Notes: generated from the letters alone by a model not told the origin. A stretch of DNA of 64,000 bases from an uncultured Mucilaginibacter sp. (GCF_903893715.1 NZ_CAITNG010000094.1:28560-92559); one strand, 5' to 3'. Positions 19,328-29,211 are shown, numbered from the stretch's first letter. A program made the numbers and translations.

Positions 19328-19364
19328 AAGAGCTCCCCGAGAACTATCGGGGAGCTCTTTTGTT
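19328..19364 (+). terminator. Rho-independent terminator
   Basis: Perfect 13-bp stem AAGAGCTCCCCGA / TCGGGGAGCTCTT with a GAACTA loop, followed by a T-rich tract. Confidence 0.85.
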
Positions 19365-19385
19365 ATTGAGATATTTAATGCTGAT

Positions 19386-20147
19386 ATGAAAACCTACGCT
19401 GTCATTTCGGATATACATGGCAATTTGCTGGCACTGCTTGCGGTATTAAAAGATATCAAGTCGCGCGGGATAGACATCGTTATTAACCTGGGCGACCATC
19501 TTTTTGGAGCGCTGGAGCCCGAAGGTGTTGCCGAGATCATTCGCGAAAACCCGATGCTGTGTATTAGCGGCAATACCGACCGGGAGATTTTGGAAAGCCT
19601 TGGGCAAATATCCCAAAAGGAAAATATGGAAAGGGTTAAAAGCCAGTTGTGTGACGAGACTATTGAATGGCTGAGAAATCTGCCCCAAACACTAACTGTT
19701 GACGACTTTTTTTTTGTTTGCCACGGCACACCCGAAAGCGATAATGAGTACCTGTTGGAAAAGGTTACCCCACATGGTGTATTTGTGCATAATGATGAGG
19801 AACTGGTTAAGAAGACTCGTCATATTGCAGAGCGCGTTATTTTGTGCGGGCACTCGCATGTAAACAGGGTGGTTTACCTATCGAACGATAAGATCATCCT
19901 TAATCCGGGCAGTGTAGGCTTGCCGGCCTATTTGGACAAAGGCGAATACAGCTTTGCCATGGAATCGAACACGCCACACGCCAAATACGCCATTGTAACT
20001 GCGGAAAGCAGCCACATTAATATTGAGCAGGTATTGGTTACTTACGACTGGCATGCCGCATCGGCAGCAGCTAAAAGCAATGGCAGCGATAACTGGGCAA
20101 AATACTTATTGTACGGCCGTATGCCTAAAGATTTACGGGTTGCTTAG
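19386..20147 (+). CDS. Metallophosphoesterase (calcineurin-like, YfcE/YmdB-like superfamily)
   Basis: SDIHGN, NLGD, SGNTD, CHGTP, CGHSH and NPGSVG motifs. Confidence 0.88.
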   Translation: MKTYAVISDIHGNLLALLAVLKDIKSRGIDIVINLGDHLFGALEPEGVAEIIRENPMLCISGNTDREILESLGQISQKENMERVKSQLCDETIEWLRNLPQTLTVDDFFFVCHGTPESDNEYLLEKVTPHGVFVHNDEELVKKTRHIAERVILCGHSHVNRVVYLSNDKIILNPGSVGLPAYLDKGEYSFAMESNTPHAKYAIVTAESSHINIEQVLVTYDWHAASAAAKSNGSDNWAKYLLYGRMPKDLRVA

Positions 20148-20692
20148 TACGGGCTCACAAAATCTTTAAAATCGGGTAATACCTCATCTTTTGGCGAGAG
20201 GATAATATTCTTAGCCGAATCGGGCCAAACAAAGCCAAATGACGGGTCGGTTATCTTGGCTCCAATTTCCGATTCTTTATTATAAAAGTTGGTAATCTTG
20301 TAGGCAAAAACGGTATCATCTTCCAGCGTAAAAAAACCGTGTAAAAAACCTTCAGGTATCCAAAACTGCAGGTGGTTTTTGGCACTCAGTTCAACGGCGT
20401 AATGCTGCCCGTATGTTGGCGAGCCTTTGCGGATATCAACCGCCACATCGATCACGCTGCCTTGTGTTACCCGTACCAATTTGCCTTGCCCGTATGGCGG
20501 CGCTTGCGCGTGCAGGCCACGCATGGTGCCTTTTGACGACATGGATTGGTTGTCCTGAACAAATGTTACATTAATACCGGCATCGCGGTATTTTTTTTCG
20601 CTATAGCTCTCGTAAAAGTAGCCGCGGTCGTCGGGGAAAATACGTGGTTCTATCAATAATAGCCCTTCAATGGGCAGTGTGGTTACTTTCAT
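20144..20692 (-). CDS. rfbC: dTDP-4-dehydrorhamnose 3,5-epimerase
   Basis: DDRGYFYE, QDNQSMS, RGLH, KLVRV, DIRKGSPTYG and GFLHGF motifs. Confidence 0.95.
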   Translation of the reverse strand: MKVTTLPIEGLLLIEPRIFPDDRGYFYESYSEKKYRDAGINVTFVQDNQSMSSKGTMRGLHAQAPPYGQGKLVRVTQGSVIDVAVDIRKGSPTYGQHYAVELSAKNHLQFWIPEGFLHGFFTLEDDTVFAYKITNFYNKESEIGAKITDPSFGFVWPDSAKNIILSPKDEVLPDFKDFVSPY

Positions 20693-20693
20693 G

Positions 20694-20996
20694 TTAGTCT
20701 ATGGTTTGCATAACGCTTTCAAACGCCACAAATTTATTCTCAAACTTTTTAAAATGGATATTTTTTAAATGTACCGAATGTTTGGCTTCAAAAGCCTGGT
20801 AGTGTTCCATGGTATTGGCCGTGTATTGTACGCAGTACGTAATCCCTTCGTTTGGCGAACTTAAAATATGTAATATTCTGTAATCGCTAAAGTGTCCCGT
20901 AGCCAAAACCGCCGGGATGTGCACGGTTTTCATCCAGTTAAGCCATTCATCGTTTATACTTTCGTCGATAATGATGGTTTCGTTAAAAATGATCAT
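20694..20996 (-). CDS. DUF4286 family protein
   Basis: NETIII...EWLNWMKTVHIP...TYCVQY...F.NKFVAF pattern; TACTTTTG promoter element on the minus strand at 21001-21008. Confidence 0.82.
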   Translation of the reverse strand: MIIFNETIIIDESINDEWLNWMKTVHIPAVLATGHFSDYRILHILSSPNEGITYCVQYTANTMEHYQAFEAKHSVHLKNIHFKKFENKFVAFESVMQTID

Positions 20997-21017
20997 GCGG
21001 CAAAAGTACCGATTTAT

Positions 21018-22823
21018 TTAAGATGACGGCTTCAAATCGCCCCGTAAAGTTCTAAAACGTTTACGCGCTTCGTTTATCCACAAGCTCGAAGCGTAATCGG
21101 TAATTATTTTCTCGTAGTAAGTTTGGGCTTGCTTTTTATCGTCCAGGTGTTTTTCGTAAATATCGCCCAACATAAACACGGCATCATCGGCCCAAAGGTC
21201 AAATTTACCATCCTCGGCAATTTTCTTTAAGGCGATAACAGCCCCCGCGTAGTCATTTTTTTGGATCATGATGCGGGCCTTGGCCATCAATATGTCGTTC
21301 ACCATATTGTTGCCGGGGTATACCCTGTCAATACTATCGAGAGTAATCATAGCTTTATCAGGCTCCTCTTTAAATATCAGCAAATCGGCACGGGCATACA
21401 TTTTCAGCGGATTGCCCACACTATCTTTCGCGGTATGGTCGAAAATCAATAGCGACAGGTTTAATGCATCGTTAGCTATCAGTTCAGATGTTGCCGCTTT
21501 CAATACATCCAGCTGACCTTTGGCCCAAACAAAATCGCCGGTATAGTAAGCCATTTTTGCATTGCGGTACTGGGCATCGTTACCAATAGCGGTGCCAATA
21601 TTGTCTTTTTCTACCTGGCTGTAAATCAAAGTAGCTTCCCATGGTTTATTGTTCATCATGTATACATCGCCCAGGTCAAGTTTGCATTCGGCCAATAAAT
21701 TGGAACGAAGGCCCGGTATGTTGATGGTTTGCTCCAATAGTTTCTCCGCATCGTCCAATTTGTGGAGTTTAAATGCCTGCAACCTCGCCAGCTTTTCCAT
21801 AGCAAAGGCTGTGCTTTCGTTACGACCAATTTCGTCCAGCAAGTCGGTATAGTTTTTTTCGAGCCCGACCAAATCAGCCTGATCATATTTACCCGAAGTA
21901 ATCTTGAGTCCTTTGGTATCTATCAGCGCCATCTTGGCGGGAATGTACAGGTCCTGTTCTTTGCCTTTGTTTACAATATACTCGTAACCACGGATGGCCT
22001 CATCATAAGCCTGATTAGCCGTTAAGGTTTGGCACAGATCGTAAATGCTGTTGCCGCCATCATTTTGCCTGCGGCTCAATGCCAGGGCCTGGTTTAGAGC
22101 CATGTCGAACTGTTTTTGCTGTAAAAACTGCCAGGTAAGCAGGTCGGCAAATACGGTTAATTGCGGTTTTTGCTGTATTACTTTTAGCAAAGCCACTTTC
22201 AGCATATCGTAATCGTTGCCGTTTTCAAAAACAGTGGCTAATATTGATTTTGCCTGGAAAACATACTCCGGATTGGTTTGCAACAAGTTGAGGTATTCGT
22301 TTACCAAATTCACCTTGTCGTGTTTAAAACGATAAAGGCTGATGAGTTCGGAGCTGAAAACCTGATCGCTGTGCAGTGTTTTGCGGCCTTGCTCAAATAC
22401 CTTTATGGCCAGGTCGAGGTTCTCCGATTGGTAAAACTGCGTGGCAATACTGCTGATTTCGCCTTGGTCGGGCGGCAGGTTTTTTAAAATGTCGTTGTAA
22501 ATTTCCTCGGCTTTGTCCTTATCACCTTTTTCGGTATAAACATGGGCAAGGGCAATATTGTACTGGTACTCATGCGGGTGCTGCTTCACCATTTTTTTGC
22601 TGATGCTTTCGGCCTCATCAAATTTTTTAAGGTTGAGCAGGCTTTTTACATACAAACTGTAATAGGCCACGTTATTTTGCTTGTAAAGCTTTAAATAAAT
22701 GTCAGCCGCTTTCTGGTACTCGCCGTTGGTGCAGAACTGTTGGGCAAGTTGGAGGTCTTCGGTTTGGGCGCTAACCGTTAAATGAAATAGTATCGCAAAT
22801 AATATGGTGGCCGCTATTTTCAT
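21018..22823 (-). CDS. Tetratricopeptide-repeat protein (exported)
   Basis: Signal peptide; repeated helical TPR-like units; C-terminal WADDAVFMLG...YEKII.DY..S.W..EARKR. Confidence 0.85.
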   Translation of the reverse strand: MKIAATILFAILFHLTVSAQTEDLQLAQQFCTNGEYQKAADIYLKLYKQNNVAYYSLYVKSLLNLKKFDEAESISKKMVKQHPHEYQYNIALAHVYTEKGDKDKAEEIYNDILKNLPPDQGEISSIATQFYQSENLDLAIKVFEQGRKTLHSDQVFSSELISLYRFKHDKVNLVNEYLNLLQTNPEYVFQAKSILATVFENGNDYDMLKVALLKVIQQKPQLTVFADLLTWQFLQQKQFDMALNQALALSRRQNDGGNSIYDLCQTLTANQAYDEAIRGYEYIVNKGKEQDLYIPAKMALIDTKGLKITSGKYDQADLVGLEKNYTDLLDEIGRNESTAFAMEKLARLQAFKLHKLDDAEKLLEQTINIPGLRSNLLAECKLDLGDVYMMNNKPWEATLIYSQVEKDNIGTAIGNDAQYRNAKMAYYTGDFVWAKGQLDVLKAATSELIANDALNLSLLIFDHTAKDSVGNPLKMYARADLLIFKEEPDKAMITLDSIDRVYPGNNMVNDILMAKARIMIQKNDYAGAVIALKKIAEDGKFDLWADDAVFMLGDIYEKHLDDKKQAQTYYEKIITDYASSLWINEARKRFRTLRGDLKPSS

Positions 22824-22867
22824 TTGTCACTCGTTGTTTTTTGTTAATTTGCGTTAAAAATCCTTAT

Positions 22868-24154
22868 ATGCCATTGAATCAGTTGCTCACCATCGATGAA
22901 GTAGCGCAAACTTTAAAGATAACAAGGCAAACATTATCTAAACTTATCAATAACAAAGATATTGTTGCCATCAAGATAAATAAAAGTTACCGTATACCAA
23001 GTGAGGCTTTGGAGAATTTTTTTAAACGAAACTCTTCGAAGCAAGACCTAAGCCATACTTATTTGAAAGAGACCCGTGGTTGCACGTTGACGTATCCCGA
23101 CAAGGATGCCGAAGAGGAAATACTAAATACGGCTGCTAATGCGGCGTTAAAGCAAGTTGTTAATGCGCACAATGAACTGTACAATGCTGTTTATTTTGGC
23201 GATAACCTGGAAGTGACGCGCGCGCTGCTACCTGAACTAAAGGGCAAAGTTGACCTGATTTATATCGACCCGCCATTTGCTACCGGAAGGGATTTTAACA
23301 GTATCGACCAAAACCACGCTTACTCGGATAAATTATTGAACGGCGAGTTCTTAGAATTTATCCGGAAAAGGCTCATCATCCTGCGCGAACTTTTGTCGGA
23401 CAAGGGCAGTATTTATCTCCATATTGATAAAAAAATAGGGCACTACGTTAAAATTATAATGGACGAGGTTTTTGGCTTCGATAATTTTATCAACGATATT
23501 ACCCGTATAAAATGTAACCCTAAAAACTTTGCCCGCAATGCCTACGGCAACTATTCGGACATGATATTGTTTTACGCCAAGCAAAGGGACCAAAATATTT
23601 GGAACGATGTGAAAGACGATTTCACAAATAAAAAACGCGACGAACTATTCGCGAAAACACACCCTGTACACGGGCAATACACTACTCACCCCTTGCATGC
23701 CCCCGGTGTAACTTTAGATGGCGACACCGGGAAAGAATGGAACGGTATGTTGCCGCCGCCCGGCCGGCACTGGCGCTATAGTCGCGAGGAATTAACGAGA
23801 TTAAATGAATCGGGATTCATCGAATGGTCTGACAAAGGTAACCCACGGAAAATTGTGTTGGCAAAAGAGCATAAAGGGATTAAAATACAGGACGTATGGG
23901 AGTTTAAAGATAAAGGGCTCTCCTTTGTGGACTATCCCACACAAAAAAACCACGATTTGTTGAAGCGCATTATTCTTAATTCTTCAAACCCCGGTTCGCT
24001 GGTATTAGATTGCTTTGCCGGGTCGGGCAGTACTTTATACATCGCCAATGAGTTGGTCAGGAAATGGGTCGGTATTGATAATTCGCCGGCCTCATTAGCC
24101 GTTATCAAAGCTAACTTTGCCAAAAATGATATTAAATGCAATTTTTTTGAATGA
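22868..24154 (+). CDS. Site-specific DNA methyltransferase (N6A/N4C, beta class, Mod-like) with an N-terminal excisionase-type HTH domain
   Basis: LLTIDEVAQTLKITRQTL...KSYRIP (HTH_17-like); GDNL, IYIDPPF (motif IV), YPTQK, LDCFAGSGST (motif I). ATG 22868 is preferred over 22841. Confidence 0.88.
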   Translation: MPLNQLLTIDEVAQTLKITRQTLSKLINNKDIVAIKINKSYRIPSEALENFFKRNSSKQDLSHTYLKETRGCTLTYPDKDAEEEILNTAANAALKQVVNAHNELYNAVYFGDNLEVTRALLPELKGKVDLIYIDPPFATGRDFNSIDQNHAYSDKLLNGEFLEFIRKRLIILRELLSDKGSIYLHIDKKIGHYVKIIMDEVFGFDNFINDITRIKCNPKNFARNAYGNYSDMILFYAKQRDQNIWNDVKDDFTNKKRDELFAKTHPVHGQYTTHPLHAPGVTLDGDTGKEWNGMLPPPGRHWRYSREELTRLNESGFIEWSDKGNPRKIVLAKEHKGIKIQDVWEFKDKGLSFVDYPTQKNHDLLKRIILNSSNPGSLVLDCFAGSGSTLYIANELVRKWVGIDNSPASLAVIKANFAKNDIKCNFFE

Positions 24155-24326
24155 GCTGTTTTCAATAATGCATCGATTTTTATAAATTTAAAGTGGAATT
24201 AACTGACCTAATGCTTTCGTTTATCATCAAGGGACTTGGTAAAATTGTAGTGACAATGCTGTTAATTACCTACGTTTTCATAATTTAACCTGATTCTACT
24301 TTACAAGGAGGGATTGTTGACCAAAG

Positions 24327-26207
24327 ATGTTAAACCGGTTTAAAATTTTATTGTTTGCTGTTATGCTCGTCTCGGCACTTTCGTGCCATCGCAAGCAAGA
24401 ACAAATACCTGTTGAAGCTTTTTTTAACGCGCAGGTTAGCAACTTTCACATCTCGCCAAACGGTAAATACATCTCTTATTTTAAAAGGGATAAAAAAAAG
24501 CAAACCCTCATCTTAAGGAATATCGCTACCGGTGTCGAAGACACGTCGGTTATTGACCAGGGCAGTCGCGGCGATCACTTTTGGACCTACAATAACCAAA
24601 TCGTCATCACAAAATACTCGCGCAAACGCGGGGGTTTTCAACTATCTGCCATTGATGCGGCCACTTTGAAAACGCGCACACTACTTTCCATTGATAATGA
24701 ACGGGTAAGTTTTAGGCTATTGGGCCGTAGTGTTAAACATCCCGATATTTTGACGTTCATTATGAATCAGCGCGATTCGACCATCCTCGATGTTTACCGC
24801 TTGAATATCACCACCGGCGAGTTGAAAATGTATATCAAGAATCCCGGTAACGTAACCCAGTTTTATACCGACCCGGACGGTGGCATACGGCTCGAAAAAT
24901 CATCAGATGGGGTGAATGAAACCATTTTGTACAGGCAGAACGACAATAGTGATTTTAAACCTATTTTAAGTAATAATTTTAAGAACCTGGTTGAGCCGAT
25001 AGCTTTTACAGGTGTCGGCAATTATTTCTACGCTAAATCAAACGTTAACCGTGATAAAATAGCCCTGGTGGATATCAATGCCGATAACGCGAAAGAGGAA
25101 AAAGTGATATTCTCGAGCGACAAGGCCGATATTGATGAGGTGAGCTATTCGAAATACAAACAGCGACTCGAAATGGTTACCTGGCAGGAGGCCAAACCTA
25201 AAAGGCATATTTTAGATGCCCGGATGAACGCCATCTACGCGGACCTGGAACAGCAATTGCCCGGCGATGAGATCAGGATATCCGACAGGGATACAACCGA
25301 ACAAAATTTCCTGATCAATACCTCGAGCGACCGTAATCCGGGGTCGACTTATCTTTATACCGCCGGCTCCAAAAAATTGGTAAAACTGGCCGATATGAAC
25401 CCGGGCATTAACCAGGGCGACCTGTGCGAAATGAAGCCTATATCGTTTAAGGCCGGCGACGGAACGTTGATTAATGGGTATTTGACTTATCCAAAAAACA
25501 CCGACTCCGTAAACTTGCCGGTGGTGGTAATGCCGCACAGCGATTTTTGGAACCGCAACAAATGGGGTTATAATGCAGAGGTGCAATTTTTGGCCAACCG
25601 AGGGTATGCCGTTTTCCAGGTAAACTATCGCGGCTCTACCGGGTATGGTAAAGAATTTTATAGCGCCGGATTTAAACAGGTAGGAGGTAAAATGCAGGAT
25701 GACATTACCGACGGCGTAGAATGGCTTATTGCCCAAAAAATAGCCAATCCTAAAAAAATAGCCATTTTTGGTTCACGCTTTGGCGGATTTTCGGCATTGT
25801 ATGGCGCATCTTTCCACCAAAGCTTGTATGCTTGCGTTGCGGTACAATCGCCTTTGCTTAATATGTTCACTTATTTTAGCGATGTGCCGCCTTTTTTGAA
25901 ACCCAAGTTGAGCATGCTTTACGAAATGGTGGGCAATCCCGAAACGGATGCCGATCAGTTTAGGGCCATATCCCCCATTTTTAATGCCAATAAAATCAAG
26001 GTTCCGCTTATCGTTTTTCCGGGCCCGCGAGAGCTTAACGCCAATGAATTGGCTACCTTTATCAGCGAAGTGAAAAAGAATGGTGTGCATGTAACCGATA
26101 TAAGCGGCAAAAAAAATAATGACAGCAACTTTTTACCCCGCGAACACCGGCTTGATATGTATAAGGACCTAGAAAAATTCCTCGAAACCAACTTGGGCCA
26201 AAAGTGA
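24327..26207 (+). CDS. S9 (prolyl oligopeptidase/acylaminoacyl peptidase) fold lipoprotein, predicted catalytically inactive
   Basis: Lipobox ALSC; propeller-like N-terminus; QFLANRGYAVFQVNYRGSTGYG and MQDDITDGVEWL as in S9C peptidases, but the nucleophile elbow is GSRFGG and the Asp/His motifs are absent. Confidence 0.88.
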   Translation: MLNRFKILLFAVMLVSALSCHRKQEQIPVEAFFNAQVSNFHISPNGKYISYFKRDKKKQTLILRNIATGVEDTSVIDQGSRGDHFWTYNNQIVITKYSRKRGGFQLSAIDAATLKTRTLLSIDNERVSFRLLGRSVKHPDILTFIMNQRDSTILDVYRLNITTGELKMYIKNPGNVTQFYTDPDGGIRLEKSSDGVNETILYRQNDNSDFKPILSNNFKNLVEPIAFTGVGNYFYAKSNVNRDKIALVDINADNAKEEKVIFSSDKADIDEVSYSKYKQRLEMVTWQEAKPKRHILDARMNAIYADLEQQLPGDEIRISDRDTTEQNFLINTSSDRNPGSTYLYTAGSKKLVKLADMNPGINQGDLCEMKPISFKAGDGTLINGYLTYPKNTDSVNLPVVVMPHSDFWNRNKWGYNAEVQFLANRGYAVFQVNYRGSTGYGKEFYSAGFKQVGGKMQDDITDGVEWLIAQKIANPKKIAIFGSRFGGFSALYGASFHQSLYACVAVQSPLLNMFTYFSDVPPFLKPKLSMLYEMVGNPETDADQFRAISPIFNANKIKVPLIVFPGPRELNANELATFISEVKKNGVHVTDISGKKNNDSNFLPREHRLDMYKDLEKFLETNLGQK

Positions 26208-26220
26208 GGCATATTGCTGA

Positions 26221-27861
26221 ATGACCAAGCAAAAATATATATACCGCAAAAACCTTCTACTGATTATTGCATTCATTGTGCTATTGTCGGGTATTTTGGC
26301 TGCGGCCTTACTCATTACCTTTGGGCTTACCCGTAAATTTGTAGAAAGTGAATTTTCTACCCGCACCATCGCCGTAATGGAGCGCACTATGCGACCATAT
26401 GATGACCTGTTTAGAAATAAAATACCCGAAATCAATAACTACCGAGGTTTTTTTACAAAAAAATCAGCTTCCGAGTATGCTGATTCCGTGTTCAGCGATT
26501 ACCCTTTTGTTAAACGCGTCGACTTTTATCATTTCACTATCAGTAACCACACCAACGGCCATTCAGCAAAAGCGGAAGGGAAGGATATCGCGATAAGCTC
26601 GGCTTATCATTTTAGCCCTGATAGCGGTGGTAAGATAAAAAGCAGTCCGAATGTAGAAGCGAAAAGCAGCGACGATTTTAAATTGATGAAGGCGAAAGTG
26701 GGTGGTTTTATCAAAACTGCGGATACCTCAAGGTTGTACTCGGTCGAAGAAACCTACGGGATATCGTACGATATCAAACCCGGTAAAATAAGCTATCTCA
26801 ACATACCGCGGCTCGAAGAATTGAAGGACCTGCTATCAAATACATCTACATTGTCTGTTTACCAGCACGATATGATGACCTTTTACCTGGATCCCAATAA
26901 ACTGGTTATCAGAAATACCCGCCCCGAGCTTTACCAAAAAATCAGTATCAAGCAAATCATTTACGACCCCCTGCAGGACGACAATGACCAAAACTTATTC
27001 CGTGAAATTCCCTTGCCCGGTGCATTCTCAGAGTATAAGCTGTATTTTCAATCGTCGAAAGCTTTTATTACCGCCGAGGTAATACGTAACTTTTTGCCCA
27101 TCGGGGCAGCCGTGCTGGTGGTATATTTGTTTATAGTTTGCATCGGCTGGCTTATTTACCGTAACCTGAACGTAAACCATAAACTGTTTAAGTTGCAGTA
27201 CGATTTCATTAATAACTTTACACACGAGTTTAAGACGCCCGTGAGCGTGATAAAAATTGCCGGGTCCAATTTGCGCAATGCCGAAACTGCTATTACCGAA
27301 AGGCAGCAAAGGCATTACGGCAAAATACTGGATGAAGAGGCTGATAAGCTGAACGACTTGATGAACCGCCTGCTCTCGTTTACACAACTCGAAAACAAAT
27401 CGATACAAATAAAAAAGGAAGAAATTGTGTTGGATGAATTTGTTCAGAAATATATCGATACCTTTAAAATTAAGTATCCGAAGTTTAAATTGACTTGCAG
27501 GATAAAAAATGTAGGTTCGTTCGAGTCGGACCCAGTGCTATTGGGCAGTATTTTTCAGAACATGATCGAGAATGCCTATAAATATTCGCCGCCCGACAGG
27601 AAAGAACTGAACATCGATATTGAGGGTACGAAAAAAGACATCGTTTTTTTGTTTACCGATAAAGGCATCGGCATTCCGAAAAATGAGATAGATAACATAT
27701 TTAAAAAGTTTTACAGGATAGAAAGCCAATATAACCAGAATGGCAGCGTGGGATTGGGTTTGGCTTTTTGCAAAGAACTGGTTAATTTTATGAATGGCGA
27801 GATCAGTGTTAAGAGCAAACTGAACCAGGGCTCCGAATTTAAGATAGTATTACCATATTAA
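26221..27861 (+). CDS. Sensor histidine kinase (two TM helices, large periplasmic domain)
   Basis: H-box THEFKTP, N-box NMIENAYKYS, DKGIGI, IFKKFYR, GLGLA. Confidence 0.95.
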   Translation: MTKQKYIYRKNLLLIIAFIVLLSGILAAALLITFGLTRKFVESEFSTRTIAVMERTMRPYDDLFRNKIPEINNYRGFFTKKSASEYADSVFSDYPFVKRVDFYHFTISNHTNGHSAKAEGKDIAISSAYHFSPDSGGKIKSSPNVEAKSSDDFKLMKAKVGGFIKTADTSRLYSVEETYGISYDIKPGKISYLNIPRLEELKDLLSNTSTLSVYQHDMMTFYLDPNKLVIRNTRPELYQKISIKQIIYDPLQDDNDQNLFREIPLPGAFSEYKLYFQSSKAFITAEVIRNFLPIGAAVLVVYLFIVCIGWLIYRNLNVNHKLFKLQYDFINNFTHEFKTPVSVIKIAGSNLRNAETAITERQQRHYGKILDEEADKLNDLMNRLLSFTQLENKSIQIKKEEIVLDEFVQKYIDTFKIKYPKFKLTCRIKNVGSFESDPVLLGSIFQNMIENAYKYSPPDRKELNIDIEGTKKDIVFLFTDKGIGIPKNEIDNIFKKFYRIESQYNQNGSVGLGLAFCKELVNFMNGEISVKSKLNQGSEFKIVLPY

Positions 27862-27873
27862 TTGATACCGATT

Positions 27874-28563
27874 ATGAACAAAGAAATTAAAATAGCCTTA
27901 GTTGAAGATGACGAAAACCTGCGGTTTTTAGTTGCCGAACGGTTAGAACTGGAAGGTTACAAAGTATTGGAAGCATCGAACGGCGAAGACGCCGAAAAAA
28001 TGATACTCGACGAAAAACCCGATATTGTTTTGTTGGATTGGATGCTGCCCGGCAAGCAGGGATCGGAAGTATGTACTGCCATCCGCGATAAAGGCTTTGA
28101 TAAACTGGTGATTATGATGACCGCCAAGGCACAGGACATCGATAAAATTGAGGCCTACCAGTTCGGCGTGTCCGACTATATCACCAAACCTTTTAATATG
28201 GATGTGCTGGTGGCGATGATAGACAATAAGATAAAATTTACTCTCAACAGCGAAAAGCCAGAATCATACAAATTTGCCAATATGGAGCATCACCCAAATA
28301 CCCACACGCTGTTGCGCGATGGCAAAAGGGTAGAGCTGACCATTTTGGAGAACCGTATTTTGTTGTACTTCCTTAAAAACGAGAACAAGGTAATTAACCG
28401 AGACGAACTGATGATGGAAGTTTGGGGTTATAATGCCGATGTAAATACCCGCACGCTGGATATGCACATTGTGCGCCTGCGTAAAAAGATAGAAGTAAAT
28501 CCCGATTCGCCTTTGTACCTGCAAACCGTAAGGGGGGTTGGTTATAAGTTTACCAGCAGCTAA
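27874..28563 (+). CDS. OmpR/PhoB-family response regulator
   Basis: VEDD, LLDWMLP, MTAK, DYITKPF; winged-helix TRTLDMHIVRLRKKIE...TVRGVGYKF. Confidence 0.95.
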   Translation: MNKEIKIALVEDDENLRFLVAERLELEGYKVLEASNGEDAEKMILDEKPDIVLLDWMLPGKQGSEVCTAIRDKGFDKLVIMMTAKAQDIDKIEAYQFGVSDYITKPFNMDVLVAMIDNKIKFTLNSEKPESYKFANMEHHPNTHTLLRDGKRVELTILENRILLYFLKNENKVINRDELMMEVWGYNADVNTRTLDMHIVRLRKKIEVNPDSPLYLQTVRGVGYKFTSS

Positions 28564-29207
28564 AAATCAGAAGCAAGAATCAAGAGGCAAGACTTTTGAT
28601 ATTCGGTAGAGATTATAAAATCAGCGAAAAATGTTTTCGCTGATTTTTTTTTGTACCCCTTGCCGTTGAATTGCGCTTCGATGTTGGGCATGGTGGTGGT
28701 TTCTATCCTGCAAAGGAGCTTAAAGAAAATGTACATGGTTTTGAGCAATGCGCGTTGCCACAATGCTCCCGTTATTTGAAAATCGCTACAGAGCCATATC
28801 CCATCGGTTTTAAGCAAGCTATTAATGTGATTGAATACGGTCTGAAGCGTTTTCTCGGTAAAATTATCGAACAAAAACGGCGTTATCACTACATCAAAAG
28901 ATAGACTGAAGGGTACATTTTCAACCGCCTCATTAATAAAGGTTACCCGGTTATTACCGTGGTTTTTCTTTTTTGCGATGGCCATCATCTTAGCAGATAT
29001 CTCCACGTAAGTAATGTTTAAACCGCTTGGGTATATTTTGGCAATCTCTTCCAATAAGCGGCCGGTGCCACCGCCGACAATGAGTATAGTTGCATTGGAG
29101 GGGATAAATTGCAGCAAATAAACCTGCGAACTAATCAAAGCATTACCATACACTACGCGCGATAGGCCATCATAGAACCATGCTGAATTATCGTAGTTCG
29201 AGGCCAT
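28560..29207 (-). CDS. Class I SAM-dependent methyltransferase
   Basis: YD..AWFYD, ILIVGGGTG, YVEIS.KM and DVVITPFLFD motifs; start at 29207 (MASNYD). Confidence 0.87.
   Translation of the reverse strand: MASNYDNSAWFYDGLSRVVYGNALISSQVYLLQFIPSNATILIVGGGTGRLLEEIAKIYPSGLNITYVEISAKMMAIAKKKNHGNNRVTFINEAVENVPFSLSFDVVITPFLFDNFTEKTLQTVFNHINSLLKTDGIWLCSDFQITGALWQRALLKTMYIFFKLLCRIETTTMPNIEAQFNGKGYKKKSAKTFFADFIISTEYQKSCLLILASDF
28567..28594 (+). repeat. Short heptamer array (CAAGAAT CAAGAGG CAAGACT)
   Basis: CAAGA at 28574, 28581 and 28588 (7-nt period), preceded by CAGAAG. Confidence 0.6.
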
Positions 29208-29211
29208 GCGA

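Noticed and set aside
20144-20147. 4-nt stop-codon overlap of convergent genes, and rfbC outside an rml cluster
   Set aside because: Tail-to-tail overlaps and scattered rml genes are common; no further signal.
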